Source: Octopus bimaculoides (taxonomy: Eukaryota). From it: a stretch of DNA of 64,000 nucleotides. Below are positions 40,301 to 53,100 of this stretch, piece by piece. How positions within the stretch are numbered: position 1 is the first letter of the stretch; each line of letters opens with the position of its first letter. Below the pieces are notes generated by a model. It saw only the letters and a program-made list of their open reading frames with translations, searched no databases and was not told the DNA's origin. The position numbers were made by a program, and so were the translations under genes. Where the stretch lies: the NCBI RefSeq assembly GCF_001194135.2, contig NC_068998.1:19361296-19425295 (forward strand), read 5' to 3'.

Positions 40301-43300
40301 GATCTTCTAGCCGCTACTCTAGTAGTGTCAACTGATGTTGTGTTGTTGCTGAATGAAAACTTGTTCCACAAAGGCTACAATATTTATATGGACAACTGGT
40401 TTTCCAGTCCAGACCTCTTCCTGCAGCTGCAAGTGAGGAGGACTAATGCCTGTGAGACTGTGCGGATACACAGAAAAAACATGTTGCCTGATCTTCACAA
40501 GATAAAACTTTGCTCTAGTGTGGTGTGACAAGAAAAACGTCTGCATGCTATCCACAATGCATTCTGCAAGCATGAAGGACATTAGGAAACAAGATGCAGA
40601 TGGTAATACCATAATGAAACAGACAGTAGTTGTTTTATACAATGAAGGGATGGGTGAGGTTGATCACTCAGAACAGCTGGCAACGACACACAAATCGGTG
40701 AGAAAATTTGTGAAATGGTACAAAAACATTTTCTTGTATATAGTTGACATGTGGGTCCTGAACTCACATTTGATTTGGCAGATGCTTGGCGGTGTGGGGG
40801 ATGGATTGACATTCAGGAATCTATTGTTCCATGAAATGATAGAAGTATCAAACCTGCCAAAGTACAGAAAGCATGGATGTCCCCATGCTAGACTCTCTCC
40901 TCGCTGCATGGTGGAGGGACGTGGACATTTTCCACAACTGTTTCCCCCTGCCACCAAGAAGACAAATGCTTCAAAGAGATGCACAGTATGTAAAGCAAAA
41001 TAGATACCATTGTTCACAATGTGATATGTTACTGTGTGTGGTACTCTGTTTTTAACTCTACCACACTAAAGTCAATTTTTGAATTCATGTGATTGTAAAT
41101 ACATGAAATTGATCTGACTTATGCTGTCGAGTGATCTTATTCAGGAATAATACTGCATGAGCATTCTGCATAGGGATATAGTTTAGGTACATAAACAATA
41201 CTTGCACTAAAGCGATTGATGTAAATATATGCCAAATGTTATCTCACACTGGGTGCTGATCTCAATCAGTGTGATTACCATTGCTGTTTGTAGCATCTTG
41301 GGCAAGTGTCTTCTACTATAGCTCTGGGCTGACCAAAGCCATGTGAGTGGATTTGATAGATAGAAATTGAAAGAAGCCCATCATGTATGTGTTTTGTTTC
41401 TGCATCCTGCCCTCCCACCCACAACTTGACAACTGGTGATTGTTTATGTCCTGCAATTTAGTAGTTCAGCAAAAGAAACCATTAGAATAAGTACAAGACT
41501 TACAAATAAGTATGGGGTTGATTTATTTGGACTAAAGTCCTTCAAGGTGATGCCCAACCATGGCAGAAATAAGTAAATGATAAAAAGATATCAACCGCTT
41601 AAAATATCATTGAAATAGAAAATCCATCCTGTATATATGTTTCAAATGTTATATAAAAATAAAGACCTCACTAATAATAACGTTTACTGGTGTAATTTGG
41701 AAATGTTTAGAGTAAAGAAAGCAAATTCCTAAAAAACTATAAAGAAAAGCAACTTACTTGACTTGAACAACATTGCTGTGTTCATGTTTTCGTTGCATAA
41801 TACTGATTTCTGTGAAAGGTTTAGGAACTGAAAGAAAAAGATGGAGGAAACCCAAGTCAAATCAATACACCTTAATGATTAAGTTCTTGGTAAAAATAAA
41901 GAAATAAATGTTTCTTAAAAAGCACAGAGGCTTACAAGGAGCAATGTTCAGTGTTGATTTTTATGGTCTTGAGTATATTTGATATACATATCGCACTGTA
42001 GTCTATCACAAGTAATATTACTACAATAATCTAGTATATATTCTAGACTGTTAGGTGAGGCACATAAAAATAAATATTCTGCTTCATGAAAAAAACAAAC
42101 ACCCCACCCACCAAAACAAAAACATGAAGCAAATCTGAATGGAATCCAGAGTTTTAAGTTGAATACAATATTCATGTCCAGCTGATACCAGCATGGAAGA
42201 CGGATGTCAAATAATGATGATGATAATGATTATGCAATCAATGGAGTTCCAAATTTAACATCATGTAGTTACACTGAAGTGCAAGATCAATACGACCAAT
42301 TTCAATTTGAAAGATACTGTTAACTTTACACAGTTAAGATACAAGGTTTTCAAATTTGTATCTAAAATAAACTAGTAAAGTAAGAGAGGTAATATGGTTA
42401 TCATGACATCAATAATAACAGTTAGCATTAAAGATATAAAGATATCAATAATTTTATACTGAACTTTATGGTATATATATATCCATAGATAATTAACATT
42501 TTATACAATATCAGTTGTAAAACTGAGGCACAGTGGTTGTGAGGCTAAGGTTCTGGAGTTGGACTACTGATTGGATACAGGTCACAAGTTCAAATCTTAC
42601 AACAACTTTAACAATGGCATTGTGCTTTGGTAGAATTGTTGGCAGCTGGTAGAATTGTTGGCATGCCAGGCAAAGTGTTTAGTAGCATTTTGTCTGCATT
42701 TACGTTCTGAGTTCAAATGCCGTTAGGGGTCAACTTTGCTTTACATACTTTGAGGGTTGATGAAATAAGTACCAGTCGATATAATTGACTTACCCCTCTC
42801 CCGAACTTGCTGTTCTTGTGCCAAAATTTGAAACCAATATTACAAATACACGAATCACTGTATTGATCGGATTGTCAGCTGTTGTTTTACACTGATATCA
42901 CAATATCTTTCATCAAAATGTAGCATTTGAATGATGCCACCCTGCTAACTGGGTGGGAAGACTGAAATTCTTCTGAATGGAACACCAGTCCATTGTAGAG
43001 TTACCTATTTACAGATGAGCAGACTGGAGCAGTATGGAACGACGAGTGTTGCTCAAGAACACGATGTACCACCAGTCTGGGAAATGAAACCATGGTTTTG
43101 TGATCATGAGAGCAACATCCTATCTACTAGGCCATGTACCTTCACAAATACATGAATAAACAAATAAATAAACGAAAAAAGAAAAGAAGAAAAACTGAAA
43201 TGTTTTATATTCACTAACCACTATCAGCTGCTACAGATTTTGGAGGTGGAATTGGTGCCAAAACAGTTGGAAAAACTGCTCCACTGATTTGGTTATCCAA

Positions 43301-46300
43301 CTGAAATAGAAAATCAGATTATGAAGATTAATAAAGAACTAGTACAATAATGATTATTCTTTAATTCTTCTATGACTATATTTCTAATAACAACAGATGA
43401 ATTATTATGTTTCAATAAAATTTTTGAAATAATCCAGAATTTAAAATGGTTATTTTAAGATAATGAGTCATTGGATAAGCATGCTATTAATTTTAACCCC
43501 TGCCAGTTTAAAGCATTTTTATAATTTGTCCTCAATATCCATGCTTGTTTTCAGACTTTTAGTTAGCTCTTGTTTCATATATCCTAAGTCATATAAAACT
43601 TTTTTCATAAGTCCTAAGGGAATGTATATCATATATGATGCATGGACACCAGGGAAATATGTTGTGTATCACATGTAATACACAGGACAGGCAAAGGATA
43701 AATTTACAAATACATATTTCTAGTCTAGGACTAAGTACATATTCAGGAATAAGACAACTGATGATGTCAGAGATCAATCAGATTCAAACATAATGTAAAT
43801 GCAGAAGTAAAAACATACACTAAAGATGAGGTTAGTAGATAGGTGATTTAAAAAAAAAATACAGTTTTAAAAGTTTTACTTTCTGAAATCTGCTGTTATT
43901 GCTTATGAGGTAAAATTTCAGTTGAAATTTTTAATTTAAATATGTAAATTTTGATACAAATAATTTTAGGTAAATTGGTATCATAGTGTCGAAGGCTGTC
44001 TCAAGTGATATTGTATTGGAAGGGTTAAAGAAATGGGTGGGTGGTTGAAAAAGAAAAAGCTAAGAATGCATTAATCCTATCCTATTCTGACTATATTTTT
44101 TAAAACTATACTGCTTTTGTTTCAATTAATTCTGAAAATGATGGAGAATTTAGTGAAATAAGTGTCATTATTAATCAGGTTTATGGAACATAAATTAACA
44201 AGAAATTTGGATGGTAGGTTTTAACTTAGATCACTTTAAAACAAGAAGATTGATTCATCGAATGAGAGGTGGTTCTCAGGTGGGTTGGTATCAAAAGGGT
44301 TAAAAAGTAGCAGAGTCATGGTTTACCTGGAGACGATTAATTTTAGCATGCAACTGTAGTTGATGAGGTGAAGTTTTATATTGTAACCAGATTCCATCCT
44401 GGAAGCTTCGTCTAATGATGCGTTTGTTCGGTTTAGTCATAATCATTTCTTTGAAATCAACCTGAGATTTTAAAAGAGAATGTGTTAATGTCACAACTAA
44501 TAAAAAAAGTAACAATGGGGACTCCCTCACCCCCAGACATTATGAAGATGATAATGTATGTATGGATATATATATCCTTTCTGCTCTAGGCATAAGGCCT
44601 GAAATTTTTGGGGAATGGGTAGTTGATTATATCAACTCCCAGTACTCAACTGGTACTTATTTTATTGACCCTGAATGGAAGAAAAGCAAAGTCAACCTTG
44701 GTGGAATTTGAACTCAGAGAGTAAAGACAGATGAAATGCCACTAAGTATTTTTCCTAGTGTACTAACAATGCTGCCTTACATACATGGATGTATATCAGC
44801 ACAAGATCTACAACTGTGAACAAAAGTAGTTGTAAAAAAAAAATTGAGCTCAGGAAAACAGAAATGAACACACTCAGGTACAGACCCCCACCTCACAGAC
44901 ATCCACATAAATAATAATTGTTTCAAATTTTGACACAAGGTCAACAATGTTAGTGAGAGGGGATTAGTCAATTACATTGTCAATTTCTAATTACATTAGT
45001 CAATTACATAGACCCCAATTCTTGACCAGTACTTTATTTTATTGACTCTAAAAGAATGAAAAGCAAAGTTGACCTTGGTGGGATGAGAGCTCAGCAGCAT
45101 ACACAAATAATAACAAACATTACTAATAATATGCATAATTTATTGAAAAATGTCATCAACTTCATCAATTTAACATTCACTTTTCCATATATGCATGGGT
45201 TTGATGGAGTTCATTGAGGCAGATTTTCAATGGATGGATGTCTTTCCTGTTGCTAACCCTCACCTATTTCCAAGCAAGGTAATATTTCTCAATGGCCAGA
45301 CAGTCTTGCAGAATATTGGAAATGAATGACACTGCTTGTATGACATTACCAACAATTTCACAACTATCATATGATGTCAAGACAAGAACACACACATACA
45401 CAATGGGATTTTATTCAGTTTCAGTTTCTATCATTAAATCCACCCACAAGGACTTGGTTGGCCCATGGGTTTTAGCAGAAGATACTTGCCCAAGAGGCCA
45501 TGCAGAGGGACTGAACTTCTTACTATACAGTCATACCTCCACCAATAAATGTGCCAAATAACATAGAACTTTTAATAGAGAAATGACCAACAAGATATTG
45601 AGGTAAATATTACTCAAAGTTGTGATGCATATGTCCTGTGTCCCAAAATGCTAATACAGCAAAAGAAAACAACTTCATAAATATTTATGAAACATTTAGT
45701 AGGTGGGATGAGTATATTGTTAAAAAAATATAGTTATTTGGTATCACTCTAAATTATTCTCAGAGGTAGAAGTACTAGAGTTAATTTGTTCAACTGAAAC
45801 CCTTCAAAGTGGTTCCCCAGTATGGTCTCAGTCCAATGGTTGAAACAAGTAAAACAAAAGATAAAAGACAGCACTTCACAAGATTAAAAAAAAAAAATTT
45901 GTACTTACTTCAAATTTATTTTCTAAAGTCTTGCGGGATGAAGCTGCTGCATTACCTAGAGAAAGTTCGTTGAGATATTTTTGGTAACCATCTTCCAAGT
46001 AGGCGCATGACTTCAAATTCAAGGCTTTGAACCGTTTTTTCTTTTCCTCCCAAATGACACCAGAACTAAAAATGAATTGTAAGCCAATTTCAATATCTCA
46101 GTAAAAATATAAAATAAGGAAATATTCTGTAGGATGAATACACACTAAACTGTTGCACATGGAAGAATGTTAAATTTAAAACAGAAACAATAGATTAAAC
46201 TGGCACAATAGAACCTGGGAAATCATTACATCATGAGATGTGATACCAGTAGTCCAATCCATGCCAGTATGGAAAATCTATGTTAAACTGTGATGATGGT

Positions 46301-46319
46301 GATTATGTATGTATGTATG

Positions 46320-46366
<47 letters not shown>

Positions 46367-49300
46367 ATATTTTGCTTAGGCACTGTGAGGCTAATGACCT
46401 AGTATAGAACTCAATATACATGTGCTTCAGAATGAAGCATTAGTTGAATAGAGAGCAGTTATAAGAAAATGAGATGACAAAGGAATAAATGAGTTATTCT
46501 TTGCTCATTTCAGTTTTTTTACACACACACACACACACACACAATGTTACATCATAAAACATGTGTGCACACACAAATTGTTACAAGAAAAAAATTCACC
46601 TCAAGAGGCAAAAGTTACATTAGCATTAGGGCAAAAAGATTGTATCATGTCTCTTCCCAAAGATATTGAAAAATATTTAATGTGTATGTACATGTGTACA
46701 TGTGTGTGTGCACATATATATATATATCTCATCATCATCATTCAATGTTTGCCTTCCGTGCTGGCATAGATTGGGCAGTCTGATAGCAGCTGGCAAGCCA
46801 GAGGACCATGCCAACCTCTGCTGCTTGCTTTGACATGGTTTCTGTGGCTGGATGCCCTTCTTATTGCCAACCACTATATAGAGTGTGCTGGGTGCTTTTT
46901 ATGTAGCACTAGTGTGGTTATCAAGTAACTTACAAGAGAATACCCCTCAATTGATGGGATAGAGGCAGTAGTACTAAGGGAAACAGCTTTGTGCCAGGAG
47001 ATGAGAGGTTAGAGTATGATAAAGGGATAGAAACATGTGTCTTGCAGTAGAGGAGATATATAGCTAACCCTATGCTGAACCAAATGAGATGTGAACTGTA
47101 TATTCTATGAGTCACAAAGAACTGCCATGAAATATATATTATATGAACTAGTGTGATACCATGAAATGTATACTTTATAAGCCACAGAAAGATGCTGTGA
47201 AACTTGCTGTTAGAACTAAGATGAGAAATCATAAGAACCATAAAATGTATGCTGTACCAACCCCAGTAAGCTATTGTGCAATGTTTACTCTAACACTTGT
47301 TACTAAGTAAAGTAAAATGTATGGAAGGCCACAAGAAGCTACAAGATTACATACCTGGTGATACCTAGATAGGCCACTTCTGTTTGGTTGTAATTATTTA
47401 CCAAAGACAATCCTAATCCAAATATAAACAAGTTGATTTCTTGTTCAATTCGCTCAAGTTCACCAGCCTGCAGATTAGATACAGAATTAGAAAAAAATTT
47501 AAACAATCTTATCTTTAAGAAGTTTTTAGTGTCTAGAAAAAGAGCCTAGAAAATTTGTTTACCTGTTGAGCAATTGTAACCAGAGCTAAATCTTGACTGA
47601 ATAATAATACACGTTGCATTCCATCCAAGAAAGACACCCAATACACTTTGGTGTCATTGTCTGCAAAGAATTCTCCAATTCCATCCTGAAATTAGAAATA
47701 GAATTGATTATAATACCTCATAGCATAATATATGTAATATATGTCCATAAAAATACAACTATTGCCGCTGTTGTAATTCTTAATGCAAAGATTGAAGTTC
47801 GGTCTTCTTTTAGAGATATGGAAATCATGTTCCCAGCTCCCAGTTCCCAAACCAAGACACATTTAATATTATAGGGGGGTGTTACAGTTGATTAGCCCCA
47901 GGTTAAATTTGATTGGTTATATTTTTCATCTAGCCAGATGGTTCTCAACCATTTTTTACCTATGGACCCCTTTGTTTACTATTTTATTCTGGTGGACCCC
48001 CATAGCCAATTGATGCTTAAAAACTAATTTTATGGATACTTATTTCAAAATTCGTATTTTGTTATTCATTCATTTGCTTGCATAGGTTGAATTATATAAA
48101 ATGTTAGAGAAACAAATCAAGCTGTTTCTAGCAATACATAGATTTAAAGCAAAACTTTTTATGGACCCTTAAAATACTACTGTGGATCCCTAATTTGCTA
48201 TTTTGCTAGCTTGGACCCCAAAAATCTTATATGGACCTCTGTTGAGAACCACTGCTGTAGCTGATAAAATGCAAATGAAAACAGCTATGAATTGGGTGCC
48301 ATATGTTGGCAGGTGTTAAAAGGGTAAGTTGAAGATCCCTTGGTGGTGGACATTTTAAGATAACCTTGAAAACAGTTAATGTTATGTGGAATGGATACGC
48401 AAGAGTAGCTGCCAACTGAACCCTGTGAAGGAAGCTTGCTGTATAATGCAGGACAACCTAAAGCTTAAGAGATTTGATAGAGTAGATCTATGATCAAAGG
48501 CCTCCAGCCGTGATCACCTGCTTTGTTTTTGAACACAGTGTAATGAGGACTACATCAGTTAATGAGTATTTCCTTTATTAATGATGATAGGATCTTATTT
48601 GACGGAAATTTGACTGTTATCTCTTGCAGGTTATCTCTGTTGTTGGTTTTTTATAGTTGTACTTTTATGATTGAAGGCATTTTATTTATCCCGTCTACTT
48701 AAAATATTTTTGAAGACATTGTGTCTAGAACTACATTATTCAATGTCTCCTTCTTATATTTAGTCCTTTAGCATTTAAACCGGCCATATCCAGCCAAAAT
48801 ATTCTACTTGTTTTATGCTCAAACTGAGCAGATCTGGTTTTTCATACCTTACTCTACAATGTCATTTTAAAACTAAACAATCACATCATTGAAACATTGA
48901 AGCTATGTAATATTGTATGAATAATTCAAAACAACATGAATAAATAAGTATTGCATTTGACAGATTAATCTGAATGCTAAAGAGTTAAGAGGGTGTGATT
49001 TGAGAGAGATTTAGTTGCTATTTCTAGCAGATCAAAACGATCTTGCAGAGGCTCCCTTGCTGGTTCATTTATGGTGGAATGAGAACCTATGATGGCTTAC
49101 TCGATGAAAATTGATTAAGTAGTCAACGTATTGGCAGTTCATATTATGTCACCGGTGATGCATTATTGCTGTGATCAACTGCACAATCCATCATTCAATG
49201 GCTCTCTGCTGTAGGCAATAATGAGCATTAAAATTAGGTTGCAGTGTCAAGTTCAAGTCCTGCAGTGGTCTGTAGGAAGTAATGATACGATTCTACTTTC

Positions 49301-49500
49301 ACTTTTATGTCTACTTTAAAGCAGTATAACAAAAATTAATCTTTTGGAATATAATCCAGCTTCTCATTCGTATTTTCTCTAAAAATTACACCACCCCTTA
49401 TAATATTTCTCCTTATGATGTTGCTTAATACAATTACCATGTATTTCAAATATTCCTGAAAATATTTCTTTTCCCCATACAGAAACACACATGTGTGCTG

Positions 49501-49532
<32 letters not shown>

Positions 49533-49703
49533 TCTCTGATTCTGACATACCTGAGTGAGATTATTCTTTAATTCTTTGGTAGTTCCACATGTCCAGATGA
49601 GTTCTCTGTTTCCTGAAGGATTTTCCCAGGTATATAGCATGGCTTGTTCTGATCCTAGCATATGGGTGGTTTTCACATCTCTAAACAAACATAGGAAAAT
49701 AAC

Positions 49704-49754
<51 letters not shown>

Positions 49755-50079
49755 NNNNNNNNNNNNNNNNNNNNNNNNNNNNNNNNNNNNNNNNNNNNNN
49801 NNNNNNNNNNNNNNNNNNNNNNNNNNNNNNNNNNNNNNNNNNNNNNNNNNNNNNNNNNNNNNNNNNNNNNNNNNNNNNNNNNNNNNNNNNNNNNNNNNNN
49901 NNNNNNNNNNNNNNNNNNNNNNNNNNNNNNNNNNNNNNNNNNNNNNNNNNNNNNNNNNNNNNNNNNNNNNNNNNNNNNNNNNNNNNNNNNNNNNNNNNNN
50001 NNNNNNNNNNNNNNNNNNNNNNNNNNNNNNNNNNNNNNNNNNNNNNNNNNNNNNNNNNNNNNNNNNNNNNNNNNNNNNN

Positions 50080-50120
<41 letters not shown>

Positions 50121-53100
50121 CAAGAATAAATAATAAATTTCAAAGGTGAAATAATTTCTTAAGTAATTAAAAAATGATATCTTGCTTTTGACGAAAATTT
50201 CAGCAAATTAAAATAAAGCAAACAGCATATCTTACTTCTGGCTAAACTGGACTGAACACCTATCGGTGTGGTTCACCAAAAGAACAGAGGCCATACCAGA
50301 TTTGTAGTTGGTCAGTGTTGTAATAAAGGAAGTTTCTGTTATTTGGCAATCAATGTTGATTCCTCCATACTGAAAAATAACGATAGTTCAAAGACTTAAA
50401 AAGAAGTTAGTAAGAACTATAATGGACTCAATATAAGTTGTAGTGAAAGGAAAAACAAAAGAAAAAAGAATGAATAAACAAGAGATTATTCAAAGATTGC
50501 TGTATAGAATAAAATTGAGATGAAGTATGATATCCAGATGTTTAGTCTCACAGAGACAATGACAAGAGATCAAGACTTTTGATGATTTGCTGTGCTCGAG
50601 AAGACACGTCAAGCTAAGTGTAATCATGGTTAATGCTGGTGACATGAAAGGCACTCATGCCTGTGACACTTGTGAAGCACCTGTGCTGGTGACATGTAAA
50701 AGGCACCCATACCATTAACATGCAAAAGGCACCTAGTACACTCTATGGAGTGGTTGGCATTAGAAAGGGCATCCAGCAGTAGAAACAAAGCCAAAACAGA
50801 TTGGAGCCTGATGCAGCTCTTTGGCTTATCAGTTCCAGTCAAACCATTTAACCCAGGAAAATGGATGCTAAATGATGATGATGATAAAACTGTTATTGTT
50901 CTTGAGAAAGGCATGTACTCCTGTTTCCACCATAATAATTTACCTTAAAAAAATTTAGTGAATTGTAGACATAGTGTCTGGGGGAAGTCGAGTGAAGAAC
51001 AGTGCATGAGGTAAAATGTGGTCATAAAGTGAAAGCTGATACAATCATGGGCCAAAGTCATTTAATTATTCTTCTAGAAAATATTGTTGATGTGGATGTC
51101 TATGGGCATAGGTATGGCTGTGGGGTTAAGAGGTCTATTTTGCAACCATGATTCCAGGTTCAATTCCACTATGCAGCAGTTTGAGCAAGTGTCTTCTACT
51201 ATAGCTTTAGTTTAATCAATGTTTTGTGAATGAAATTTGGTAGACAAAAACTGTGCAGAAGTTTGTGTGTGTGTGTGCATGTGTGTTTGGTGTAATACAT
51301 ATATGTGTGTAAATGTTTTTTGGTCATGCATATGAGGTAAAGATGTAACCATTGTTGAGAAAACTGAAAAATCATTGTTTCCATATAAAATTACTGTGTA
51401 GTATTAGTTTTACAGTGAATTGCAATCCTTTGATATACTTGACATATAAATTGTTGTGAACCAATGATTGGGCCATTAAAAACTTGTAACCATTGACAGA
51501 ATTGTTCACCAAATAAATTACAAAAAGAAGAAAAGAAATATAGAAAAATAATAAAAATTACATTGTTTTCCAATTTAAGAAGAGTTGAATGAGGTTTGAT
51601 TATGGAGAAGACATTGGTCTCTTCATTTGTATCTAGAACTTTGGCTTTCAATTCGATCTTTGTTGTCAGAGGCCAGAATGGTATACATTGTTGTGGACGG
51701 ATTTCAATCCAGCTAGATGGATCAGGAGTTATTTCTTGAACTAAATATGTTAGCTGAAATTATACAAAATTGAGAGAAAAAAAAAAAAGAAATTTAACAA
51801 CAGTTAAGTATATTGATTAATTATTTTATGTAGTAAATTTTTATTGAGACTGATGACAGTTGAGGCTTGCCAAATCAACATAATATTGGACAACCAACTT
51901 TATATTGTTTTAATGCACAGTTGAAGGCTGAGAGACCGCTGTGCCCAAAGCCTTTGCAGGCATCCCTAGATTTTGAGTGAAAGGATTAAATAATGCGAAG
52001 TGTCAGGGTAGCAGGTAGAACAATATAGATGATAGAAGAGGGAGAGGGATGTGCATTGGATGAGCTTAGTTGGTACATAGCTTGCTATATAGAGGAGTAT
52101 TTGTGCAAGTAGAATTGGATCTGTCCCAGATATATGAGCAGTGCTTCACCATGGGGGACACTTCAGCTTAAAAGAGGACAGCAGCAGGGTTGGCTGAAGT
52201 ATTTTTAGGCTTTAACTCTTTTAGCCTTTAAACAGGCCATATCCAACCAAGATACTACCTGTTTTATGTACAAACTGGCTTGATCTGGCTTCTCACATCT
52301 ACCTTAAAATTAATTCTAAAAATAAACACTCACATCATCAAAATCTTGAAGTCACACAACATAATTCATGATTAATTCAAAACAATGTCAAATATGCATT
52401 AATTCGACAGAGTAATCTTAATGCTAAAGGGTTAAAGAGGAAACCCATCCTTTTAGATGCAGTTTCAGGTACGCCCACAGATGTGTGGTCATCAGAAAAA
52501 GGCATCATATTTTGTAAAGTCTAGCATTTGTAAAGTTATAAAGTTCTCAGTTGTGTGAGGATTATTAATAAGGAAGGTGTAATGCTGTAGACAACAAAAC
52601 AGATTGTTGTTTAACTCCAAATTAGTCCTGATTGAGCATGTATTGTGCATAAGTTTTCAAGATATGTAGGACTAAAGAGTTGGTCCATTTATACACAAGG
52701 ATAATAACTCTTACAGGATAAGACAACAAAGCTGTAGGAAAGGAACTATCGAATGGCACTGTAAAAAATGAGGGGAGTGTTTTCTAAGCATAAAGTGTTG
52801 AATTTAACTCCACCTATGTGTATAACTTAGAAAGGAGGTGGATCCTCCATAGTTAGACTACCCTAGATACATTACAAAAACTCCAGCGATGCCCCAATGA
52901 TTCAATATTTTATGAAATGCACCATCATTTGTAGATATTGTAGTTAAGAATGTAAATTAAGTTTGAGATAGACAAAAAAGACCCCAAAAAACCCCCTCTG
53001 TATTATCAAGCATACTGTCTCAGTTTCAGATGTAAGAAGTTAAGATGAAAACAGAAACACACACAAAAATAGTAGTTATATGAAACAAAATCAAAAATAC

